A DNA stretch of 64,000 nucleotides, from the NCBI GenBank assembly GCA_977020255.1, contig CDROCS010000410.1:558001-622000 (forward strand), in the 5' to 3' direction. Below the pieces are notes generated by a model. It saw only the letters and a list, made by a program, of their open reading frames with translations, made no database searches and was not told where the DNA came from. This stretch comes from Obrimoposthia wandeli (Eukaryota). Below are positions 50,105-58,751 of this stretch, piece by piece. The translations under genes were made by a program, and so were the position numbers. How positions within the stretch are numbered: position 1 is the first letter of the stretch; each line of letters starts with the position of its first letter.

Positions 50105-51046
50105 TCATTCTTTTTTATAACGAATACCCTTATTTTGATTATCTGGCATCGTTTTAAAGCGGCGATGTAACCACATCCATTGATCCAGGCCACGCAGGAT
50201 CACTTTTTCTAATGCGCCATTCATCACCCGTGCAGCGCCCTCTGGATCACGGCGTGGAAACTGACTGCTAATATCAGGGTCTATTTCGAGCATGTAAATC
50301 TCGTTTTGACGAAAACTTGATGCAGTGATCACTGCGCATTTACTGGCATCAACCAGCACACTCGTCCCTGATGTTGTAGCAGCCTCTTCGACAGCAAAAA
50401 ATGGGACAAATACAGCATGCTCAAAACCATAATCTTGATCTGGTAGATACCACAAACGCCCGCCATTTCTGAGTACCCGCAACATGCCTTTGACATCTTT
50501 TCTGTCCACCATTTTGTTGCCATGATGCGTGCGTCCCCAATGCTGAATAAAATTATACGCCGGATTACTGTGCTGGCGATATACACCATAACCCGGTGCA
50601 AATAAGGTAAATGCTCGCGCTGTTATTTCTAAATTTAAAGCATGAACCGCAACAACCAATACACCTTTTCCCTGCTGCTCTAGCGCTAAGACTTCTTCTA
50701 CGTTATTTACAGTCAGGTGTTTTTTAAATCGCCACGTTGGCCAAAACCAAGCAATGCCCATTTCAATAATAGCTAAACCAGTATTTTTAATATTTTCTTC
50801 ACTGAGGTTTTTACGTTTAGCAGCCGTCATATCAGGAAAAGCCAGTTCCAAATTACGCTGTACGATTGCCACTCGGCTTTTTGCTAGTTTGATAACAACA
50901 TAACCAAGGCCGCGACCAAGCCGCAATAGCAGACCATAAGGTAATAGTAAAACAGTAAAAGCTAATAGACCGACAAAGAACCAAACAGCCCAATACTTGG
51001 GATGCAGTAATGCGAGTTTAAAGGTTGGCGCTTGAAATTTTGACAT
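50105..51046 (-). CDS. lpxL: Lipid A late acyltransferase, LpxL/LpxP family
   Basis: LLHPKYW, H-x4-E, YLPDQDYG, VPFFAV, QWMWLHRRFKT. Confidence 0.85.
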   Translation of the reverse strand: MSKFQAPTFKLALLHPKYWAVWFFVGLLAFTVLLLPYGLLLRLGRGLGYVVIKLAKSRVAIVQRNLELAFPDMTAAKRKNLSEENIKNTGLAIIEMGIAWFWPTWRFKKHLTVNNVEEVLALEQQGKGVLVVAVHALNLEITARAFTLFAPGYGVYRQHSNPAYNFIQHWGRTHHGNKMVDRKDVKGMLRVLRNGGRLWYLPDQDYGFEHAVFVPFFAVEEAATTSGTSVLVDASKCAVITASSFRQNEIYMLEIDPDISSQFPRRDPEGAARVMNGALEKVILRGLDQWMWLHRRFKTMPDNQNKGIRYKKE

Positions 51047-51235
51047 AATGATTTCTAATATGAGGTGATTTATCGCATCCTACAAAGCACAATGTAGAAT
51101 TTATGTTGAATGGAAACGATGAAACAGAATAAAAGACATTACTATAAAGTATTTAATTACTTTTTTGAGGAGTTCTGACAAACGCTTACAGTTTAGTCAC
51201 TGTAAACGTTGAGTTTATCATTCTAATGCAGGATT

Positions 51236-52159
51236 CTATTTATTGTGCTGAAGTAAATAATCAAGGCCACTGGTGATCGCGATAACTTGTGCTTGAATAC
51301 AGTTCTCATCATCAACTAACGGGCTATCAGGATACACTTCCGTCGTCGTGCCGTAAGCACAATCACTAAAACCTGAGCATAAGCCTAATGCCTTGGTCGC
51401 ATAATTAATCACGCCAAATTGCTCTAGTTTTGCACCAATAATACGGCCACTATCATCTGCAGGGGCAATATGCGTTACTTTGCTGACCGCATTAATAATA
51501 TGGGTTTGGAATTCAGTGTTCGGATTAAGCGTATCACCGACTAAATAAAATCCGTCAGGGATATTCCAATTATCATGCACAACTGCATCACGGGCTGCTA
51601 ATGCCGGTCTAAATTCGCTATTATCGGTATCTGTCGTTTCGTGTAAATCGATATGTGCAGTGATCTTTACGCCTAGTTTAGCAATACATTGCATTAATGC
51701 AGCGGACTCTTCAGCAGGACTATTTTCAACAAAAGAACGGTTTGGATCGACAGCGTTTGGGTTCCAGCGGTTAATGGTTTCATAACCCCAAGGGCTCACA
51801 CAAGGCGCGACAATTATATTAAACTGCGCACTGTAATTCAGCGCTTGAGTTTCGATGAAGCGGATAGCACCTTGTACGCCACTGGTTTCATAACCATGCA
51901 CACCACCAGTCACTAATATTGTCGGTTTCGCATTATCCCAATCACGTGTTTTCACCACAAATAACGGAAATCGAGCTGGATCATACGACAAGGCACCATA
52001 CTGCTCAACATCAAAATCTTGCTGCAGCGGTGTTAACTTAGCCAAAACCTCTTGCTGGTAAGTTCGTACTACGGTTTGTCTGGCTAACCATACTGCTTTA
52101 TCTTCAGCTGTCCATTTTTGACCTGGGGTACCAACTTCATATGCTTGTTCGTGATCCAT
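51236..52159 (-). CDS. M14-family metallocarboxypeptidase (ASTE/ASPA-like)
   Basis: GGVHGYE, NRWN....DPNRSF, DLHET, TTEVYP; ATG at 52159 with an AAGGA SD. Confidence 0.88.
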   Translation of the reverse strand: MDHEQAYEVGTPGQKWTAEDKAVWLARQTVVRTYQQEVLAKLTPLQQDFDVEQYGALSYDPARFPLFVVKTRDWDNAKPTILVTGGVHGYETSGVQGAIRFIETQALNYSAQFNIIVAPCVSPWGYETINRWNPNAVDPNRSFVENSPAEESAALMQCIAKLGVKITAHIDLHETTDTDNSEFRPALAARDAVVHDNWNIPDGFYLVGDTLNPNTEFQTHIINAVSKVTHIAPADDSGRIIGAKLEQFGVINYATKALGLCSGFSDCAYGTTTEVYPDSPLVDDENCIQAQVIAITSGLDYLLQHNK

Positions 52160-52382
52160 CTTGTAATCTTCCTTAAGGATAATAATGTTTATATTTTCAT
52201 TAGTATAATGCGCTAATAAGGAGGATGTTAACAAGTGAAAGTTTTATGATTGATAAAATTAATGGAAGAAAATAACATCTAATTACAATACAAAACCCAA
52301 TAATAACATTAGGTTGAATTTTTAATTAAAATAGCAGTAATCTATTACTTAAACATGAGTACAACTTAATGGAATAGCTGTA

Positions 52383-53030
52383 ATGCATCAAAGATCAAGA
52401 AATATCGCCAGTTTCGATGTTGACCCACAAAAAGGTTTTACCGAACTATGTAATGAGCTACAAGTAAAAGGAGGTCACCTTATCCTTGATGAATTGAAGC
52501 TTAATCATGAATACTCTTCTATAAAGGTGGTTAGTCGCGATACCCATCCACCTCAGCCACATTGGCTTGCAGCTTCAATCAATGAAATGGGAGCCCCCGT
52601 TGAAGGCGACAATGTTGATATCTCCTGGGTGATGCATTGTGGGTTAGGTACAAAAGGCGCTGAATTACTTGATGGTTTGCCGCATCCAATAATGGGCTAC
52701 GATTATTGTGTCAGTAAAGGCTTAGATGTAGATATGCACCCTTATGGCGCTTGCTATCATGATCTTAACGACACGAAATCAACAGGCGTAATAGAATTCT
52801 TAAAGTCCCATAATATTTGTACCGTTATAGTGGGTGGTCTAGCGACTGATTTTTGTGTTCGTCTAACCGTTTTACAATTATTGAAAGTCGGTTTTGAGGT
52901 GATATTGAATACAGGCGCTTGTCGTGCGGTATCTAATGATAGTGGCATAAATGCAATAACTGAAATGGAAAATGCAGGGGCTATTATTTGTAAGAGTGCA
53001 AATGAATTAAACAACCTATTACACTATTAA
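52383..53030 (+). CDS. pncA: Nicotinamidase/pyrazinamidase (isochorismatase family)
   Basis: DVDPQKGF, RDTHP, W.MHC, SKG, GLATDFCV. Confidence 0.82.
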   Translation: MHQRSRNIASFDVDPQKGFTELCNELQVKGGHLILDELKLNHEYSSIKVVSRDTHPPQPHWLAASINEMGAPVEGDNVDISWVMHCGLGTKGAELLDGLPHPIMGYDYCVSKGLDVDMHPYGACYHDLNDTKSTGVIEFLKSHNICTVIVGGLATDFCVRLTVLQLLKVGFEVILNTGACRAVSNDSGINAITEMENAGAIICKSANELNNLLHY

Positions 53031-53046
53031 ATATTAGGTCTCTAAC

Positions 53047-53075
53047 AAAAAAGCCCACCAGCGGAACTGATGGGC
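53047..53075. terminator. Terminator-like hairpin with an A-tract
   Basis: AAAAAA-GCCCACCAG/CTGATGGGC. Confidence 0.65.
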
Positions 53076-53114
53076 ATTACGATTTAGCACTTAATTCTGA
53101 CTTAGTTCAGCGCT

Positions 53115-54965
53115 TTATTCAATATTATCAGCGCTAAAGACATCACTCCATAAATCACCAGTAGCCGTATCGCCTACCCCGTTCCATTCAGTACTACGGC
53201 TAAATATTTTAACACTGAAATCGATGCCGTTGGTTTCAACAATAGCAAGAAAATCATGTACTGTTTGCTCATTATTATCATCATCGGTATAAACTAGCAC
53301 AACTTTAACAATACCATCTTCTTGGATTGTCCAATTCATTGGAACCGCAGTATCAACAGCGCCGTCATTGTGCGTAAATATACCAGTACCATCTTTATTG
53401 AATTGATACGATTCAACATCATCAGCGGGCGTTAACGCATCGCTAGTTGTCAAAATAATACCTTGGTCAATAAATCCAGTACTTAAATCCGCAACAAGTT
53501 TACCTTCCTGACAAGTTGTAATTGATTGTTTAAACTGATCGTAACTACGATAATCCTGCGGTTGATCAGCCACATCATCCCATCCCGAGCTAAGATCTTC
53601 ACATGCTAGCACACCAACAGAAACATCAAGGTCTTTGTAGCTAGTTGTCCAGACTGATTGTTTACCGCTATCGTACACAGCAAACTTCCAGTTTTCGGTT
53701 GAATTATCAATCAGACGCATAAGATAATTAAGTGTTTGTCCATCACCATTATAAAGCGCTAAGTTACCATTTTCATCAACGTTCCATACTCGATTATACT
53801 TAATACCATTACGATAAAAGTCAGCTGTATAATCCATATTAAAAACATAGGCGCGTGGTAGTGATGAACCAGTAAGACGTATAATTGCATTACCCGCTAA
53901 ATCCATTTCAGGTAAGCCTTCACAGGTTGCTAAAGTGGTATTAAAATCATCAACTGAAACATCGCCCGACGTATACTGAACGACACATTCAGCATATTCA
54001 CTGACATCCGGATCAAGTGGTGCAGGGTCAGCACTATCTTCCACACCATCATTATCATCATCGGTGTCAGCATTATTACCTATAGTATCTTTATCGGTAT
54101 CTAGCCACTCACTAGCATCTGCTGCGAATGCATCAAACCCATCAGGCACACCATCCGCATCCCCATCGGCATCTAAATCTCCGCTAAACAGCTCCTCTTC
54201 GTTCGCCGCAAGCTCATCTTCAGCAACAGTACCCACAACACCTTTAATTAAATGACTAACTACAGCGACCTGTTTATTAAATGCTGAGGAATCAGCGTCA
54301 TCGCTAACAACAATAACGAACTCACTTTCGTCTTTAGGCAATATTTGCGAATTAACGATATTCTTTGCTACGTATGTAGAACTACTACTGCTACTGGCAA
54401 TATAATCACTTAAAACATCGGATTCTTGAATACCAAAATTATTTGCAACTTCAGCTATCGCAGCTTCTTTCACGACTTCCAGCGCTTCTGGTGTTTCAGT
54501 GCCATCCGTATTTTGTTCTATGGTGATATGAACTAATGTCGACAGAGGCGTCACGTCAGTTTCTCCTGGTGACGCTGACATAATATAATCGCTTGCGATA
54601 ACATCACCATCTTCATCTGTTGTTTGGCCAACAATCACTTTTGCGTAAATCGCATATTGCTGTGGGTTTACGATGCCAGTGACATCTAATTTTGCAACAC
54701 CGCCATCTCCTGAAAGTGTTGATGGTTCATTATTGTCGAGTTGTTTATCGCCATTAACGTCGAGCCAAACTTCTGCATTTTTTAAATAACCATCAATTAC
54801 TTTTGCATTATAAAAAACAAGGGGAGCTGGTGTTGGTGTAGGTGTCGTAGGTGTTACAGCTGAACCAGTTGACCCAGTTGACCCCGTACTATCATCACTA
54901 CCACAACCTGCTAATATCATAGAGCTAGATAAGCCAAGAGCTACGACTAATAGTTTTTTCTTCAT
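53115..54965 (-). CDS. Acidic lipoprotein with thrombospondin type-3-like Ca-binding repeats and two tandem C-terminal modules
   Basis: Lipobox LAGC; KVIDGYL..A.VWLD.NG; DxDxDGxxD repeats (DLDADGDADGVPD, DTDKDTIGNNADTDDDNDG). Confidence 0.8.
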   Translation of the reverse strand: MKKKLLVVALGLSSSMILAGCGSDDSTGSTGSTGSAVTPTTPTPTPAPLVFYNAKVIDGYLKNAEVWLDVNGDKQLDNNEPSTLSGDGGVAKLDVTGIVNPQQYAIYAKVIVGQTTDEDGDVIASDYIMSASPGETDVTPLSTLVHITIEQNTDGTETPEALEVVKEAAIAEVANNFGIQESDVLSDYIASSSSSSTYVAKNIVNSQILPKDESEFVIVVSDDADSSAFNKQVAVVSHLIKGVVGTVAEDELAANEEELFSGDLDADGDADGVPDGFDAFAADASEWLDTDKDTIGNNADTDDDNDGVEDSADPAPLDPDVSEYAECVVQYTSGDVSVDDFNTTLATCEGLPEMDLAGNAIIRLTGSSLPRAYVFNMDYTADFYRNGIKYNRVWNVDENGNLALYNGDGQTLNYLMRLIDNSTENWKFAVYDSGKQSVWTTSYKDLDVSVGVLACEDLSSGWDDVADQPQDYRSYDQFKQSITTCQEGKLVADLSTGFIDQGIILTTSDALTPADDVESYQFNKDGTGIFTHNDGAVDTAVPMNWTIQEDGIVKVVLVYTDDDNNEQTVHDFLAIVETNGIDFSVKIFSRSTEWNGVGDTATGDLWSDVFSADNIE

Positions 54966-55160
54966 GTTTTTATCCTTAACACTTTAATAATAAGAGTCAA
55001 ATACAAACAAGGAAATGGTAGACACGTACTAGATTGAAAGAGCATACCATCGGCACATTCTAACTATACTAGACATCGATCCTGCTATTCGCACAAAGCA
55101 TAAGTAATGTAAGCCTACTAAAAACAGCATTTAATGTTTAAAAAATGTTAATTTAAAAAT

Positions 55161-55182
55161 TGACGTGATATAAATCACATTA
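55161..55182. promoter_or_regulatory. CRP-binding site upstream of the lipoprotein gene
   Basis: CGTGA-TATAAA-TCACA, one mismatch to TGTGA-N6-TCACA, with AT-rich flanks. Confidence 0.7.
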
Positions 55183-55260
55183 AAATTACTATATTTAACA
55201 ACACCAAACTTGGAGGGGGTAAATGTAGAATTTTTGTACCAGTTCCGTTAGAAAAAATTA

Positions 55261-55288
55261 AAAAAAAACCCGCTACAAAAGCGGGTTT
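55261..55288 (-). terminator. Rho-independent terminator of ackA
   Basis: AAACCCGC/GCGGGTTT with a T8 tract on the minus strand. Confidence 0.85.
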
Positions 55289-55317
55289 CACATCATCGAC
55301 TTTTTAAAATCGATTAT

Positions 55318-56505
55318 TTACAGCAGTTCAACCGACTGCTGAGCAATAACGAATTCTTCGTTGGTTGGGATAACCATAACAGCTGGTGTGCCTGCTACAG
55401 TAATCAGGCCGCCATTACCAAATCGAGCAGCTTTATTTGCTTCCAGATCTTCTTTATAACCAAAGATCTTCAAGTAAGATAATACTTCACTACGGATTGG
55501 CAGTGCATTTTCACCAATACCGCCAGTAAAGATGATGCCGTCAAGTGATTCAAGCGATACCATGTATGATGCAATGTATTTCGCTACACGATATGTGAAT
55601 ACTTGGAATGCTAATGTCGCGCCTTTATGGCCCTGTTCCATTGCTTCGATAATACCACGGCAGTCACTGGTTAAGCCTGATACGCCCATAAAGCCAGAGT
55701 TAGTATTCAACTCTTTAAACACTTCAGCTTGTGACCAACCTTTTTTCAGCAAGAACTCAATGATACTTGGATCTAAATCACCACAACGTGTACCCATCAT
55801 TAGACCAGCAAGTGGTGTAAAGCCCATGCTTGTATCAACACTTTGACCATCACGAATCGCGCATACAGATGCACCGTTACCTAAATGCACAGAAATGAAG
55901 CTGCTTTCTTCAATCGGTTTATTAATCATCTTAGCGGCTTCACGACTCACGAAGTAATGGCTTGTACCATGGAAACCATAACGACGAATACCATAGTCTT
56001 TGTAAAGCTTGTGAGAAATTGCACCGGTAAATGCTTTTGCAGGCATTGTTTGGTGGAATGCGGTGTCAAACACTGCAAATTGTGGTAACACAGGGAAGGC
56101 ATGCATTGCCGCTTCAATACCTTTGGCAGCAGCAGGATTATGCAATGGCGCAAGGTCTGACAGGTTACGAATTTCGTTTAAGACAGATTCATCAATTTTG
56201 ACAGTGCTAGTAAACTTCTCTCCACCGTGTACAACACGATGACCAACAGCCACAATCTGTGACGTAAGACCTAGGCTTTCGAGTAATACCACGATACGTT
56301 TAATCGCCAACTCATGGTGATCACCTTCAGCTGTAATAGCTTCTTCAGACTTCTGCCCTTCATACTTCCAGCTAACTGCTGCCTCAGGAAGGCCAAAGCA
56401 CTCTCCTAGTCCATTAAGAACAGCATCTCCGGTATTGGAATCGATAAGTGCAAATTTTAATGATGAGCTACCAGAGTTGATCACGAGTACAAATGAGTTC
56501 GGCAT
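55318..56505 (-). CDS. ackA: Acetate kinase
   Basis: VINSGSSSLKF, GHRVVHGG, APLHNP, FDTAFH, RRYGFHGTSH, HLGNGAS. Confidence 0.97.
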   Translation of the reverse strand: MPNSFVLVINSGSSSLKFALIDSNTGDAVLNGLGECFGLPEAAVSWKYEGQKSEEAITAEGDHHELAIKRIVVLLESLGLTSQIVAVGHRVVHGGEKFTSTVKIDESVLNEIRNLSDLAPLHNPAAAKGIEAAMHAFPVLPQFAVFDTAFHQTMPAKAFTGAISHKLYKDYGIRRYGFHGTSHYFVSREAAKMINKPIEESSFISVHLGNGASVCAIRDGQSVDTSMGFTPLAGLMMGTRCGDLDPSIIEFLLKKGWSQAEVFKELNTNSGFMGVSGLTSDCRGIIEAMEQGHKGATLAFQVFTYRVAKYIASYMVSLESLDGIIFTGGIGENALPIRSEVLSYLKIFGYKEDLEANKAARFGNGGLITVAGTPAVMVIPTNEEFVIAQQSVELL

Positions 56506-56535
56506 GTGAGTATGATTCCTGTTTCAGACTATTGT

Positions 56536-56551
56536 TGTGACTTAGGTCACT
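56536..56551. promoter_or_regulatory. CRP-like site just upstream of ackA
   Basis: TGTGA-CTTAGG-TCACT, 31-46 nt from the ATG. Confidence 0.5.
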
Positions 56552-56883
56552 TATAATGTGCCCCTATTATTCAACATTTTTTGAATAATTCAACTTAATT
56601 TTACATTAAGATGATTAACAGGCAACATTTCGTTGATCTGAGACACATATACAGCGACTAAACAGATCAACTCACGCGCTTATCGCAATATACGGATCTT
56701 ACTGAAAGCCAACAAAGCTTACTTGTAAACCGTCTATGGACCTATTACTTAACTCTAACGTAGTATTATGCTGTTGACAAATTTGTTGCACAACAGCAAT
56801 AACTAGAATTATGGTAAGCCCTAAACCATCGCCTAATTGTTGCTAATCTGAACCAAGGTAGCGCTTCAAAAGTAACCGCTATA

Positions 56884-56961
56884 CTAACAAATAAAGCCAA
56901 GTATTCGACGAGTTTTAAAACAAACAAGAACGAGTTGTTTAGACCTGCAAGGTAAATCCAT
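56884..56961 (-). CDS. Candidate 25-aa small ORF
   Basis: AAGGAGA SD 6 nt before the ATG; MDLPCRSKQLVLVCFKTRRILGFIC. Confidence 0.3.
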   Translation of the reverse strand: MDLPCRSKQLVLVCFKTRRILGFIC

Positions 56962-57246
56962 GACTAGTCTCCTTAATCATGGTTTTTTACTTTCTTTAAT
57001 ACTTTAAATTCAAATATTTAGATATTCTCGAATTTAAATATTCTAGAACATACCAGTATTTAAAAATATAACAGTACCTTATATGTCAAAAAGTAATATC
57101 TAATGAAATTTAATTCTTTTTGCTGAGAAAGCGACTAGTGTAATCTGCTGAACATATCCAACCCATTGTAATTAAATAGCTTAAAAACACTGCACAAGGT
57201 AGTGCTATCAGGTTGTTTAAGCTATCAGCACTCACAGGAATTAATC

Positions 57247-58626
57247 ATGTCATTAGTAGTTGCCGCTAACTTAGCGGTGTTTGGTATCCTCATTTATTTA
57301 ATAAATACCCAACAACGTAAAGGCCATACCCTTTCACGCCTGGTTTTATTAGGTCTTATTTCAGGTAGTGTATTTGGTTTACTACTACAACTTGGTTACG
57401 GCGAAGGCAGCAGTACTATTCAAGAAACCCTTGCTTGGGTCGATATTGTTGGCAAAGGTTACGTTGGTCTACTGAAAATGGTGATCATGCCATTAGTATT
57501 AGTTTCGATGATCTCTGCGGTTGTTAAGCTAGAACGTTCAGGTTCTCTTGGCAAAATAAGTGGCTTAACCATAGGTGTATTGTTGTTTACGACGATGATC
57601 TCAGCACTTATTGGTATTGGTATCGCGCAACTGTTTGGTTTATCAGCTGAAGGGCTAACAGAAGGTACTCGTGAAATAGCACGTGTCGCGGTGATCGAAT
57701 CACGCGCAGGGCAAGTTAGCGATTTAAGTATCCCACAAATGTTAGTGAGCTTTATTCCAACTAATCCGTTTGCTGATTTAACAGGTGCACGTTCAACGTC
57801 AATTATTGCCGTCGTAATTTTTGGTATTCTAGTTGGTATTGCAGCGCTTAAAGTCAGTGCAGAAAATGCAGAATTAGCAAAACCTATCAATACTTTTGTC
57901 GATGTATCACAAGCGATTGTAATGCGTTTGGTGAAAATGATCATGGCGATCACACCTTACGGTATCTTAGCGTTAATGATGAAAGTAGTCGCGACATCAA
58001 GCGCTGGCGATATTCTTAACTTACTTGGCTTTATCGTGGCATCTTATGTGGCTATCTTACTGATGTTTGTTGTACATGGTATCTTGGTTTCATTTGTTGG
58101 CGTTAAACCAACAGAGTACTTCAAAAAAATCTGGCCAGTACTGACCTTTGCTTTTAGCTCACGCAGCAGCGCAGCAACAATCCCATTAAATGTAGAAGCA
58201 CAAATCAACGAGCTCAACGTGCCACCAGCGATAGCGAACCTATCAGCATCATTTGGTGCGACGATTGGTCAAAATGGTTGTGCAGGTATCTATCCTGCAA
58301 TGCTAGCGGTGATGGTTGCGCCAAGTGTCGGTATCGACCCAATGGACTTTAGTTTCATCTTATCGCTAGTGGCTATTATCATGGTCAGTTCGTTTGGTAT
58401 TGCCGGTGTAGGTGGCGGCGCAACATTCGCAGCACTTATCGTATTACCAGCAATGGGTCTACCTATCGCCATTGCTGCACTGCTTATTTCGATTGAACCA
58501 TTAATTGATATGGCGCGTACAGCACTGAATGTCAGTGGTTCAATGACGGCGGGCACCATCACGAGTCGCTTGTTAAAGTCAAAAGATGAATCAATAGACA
58601 GCCCTGTAGAACAAACAACGGCTTAA
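57247..58626 (+). CDS. tcyP: L-cystine:cation symporter (DAACS family)
   Basis: LLKMVIMPLV, IPTNPFADL, FSSRSSAATIP, IGQNGCAGIYP, EPLIDMARTALNVSG; ATG at 57247. Confidence 0.93.
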   Translation: MSLVVAANLAVFGILIYLINTQQRKGHTLSRLVLLGLISGSVFGLLLQLGYGEGSSTIQETLAWVDIVGKGYVGLLKMVIMPLVLVSMISAVVKLERSGSLGKISGLTIGVLLFTTMISALIGIGIAQLFGLSAEGLTEGTREIARVAVIESRAGQVSDLSIPQMLVSFIPTNPFADLTGARSTSIIAVVIFGILVGIAALKVSAENAELAKPINTFVDVSQAIVMRLVKMIMAITPYGILALMMKVVATSSAGDILNLLGFIVASYVAILLMFVVHGILVSFVGVKPTEYFKKIWPVLTFAFSSRSSAATIPLNVEAQINELNVPPAIANLSASFGATIGQNGCAGIYPAMLAVMVAPSVGIDPMDFSFILSLVAIIMVSSFGIAGVGGGATFAALIVLPAMGLPIAIAALLISIEPLIDMARTALNVSGSMTAGTITSRLLKSKDESIDSPVEQTTA

Positions 58627-58645
58627 TCTATACCTTTTAAAATGT

Positions 58646-58697
58646 AAAATGCCGATTAATAAGTGATAGTAACTCATCACTGTTAATCGGCATTTTT
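58646..58697. terminator. Bidirectional terminator
   Basis: AAAATGCCGATTAA/TTAATCGGCATTTT. Confidence 0.8.
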
Positions 58698-58751
58698 GTA
58701 TTCTAAACTTTTGTTTATACGATTTACTTATGCATTCACTTATACATGCTC

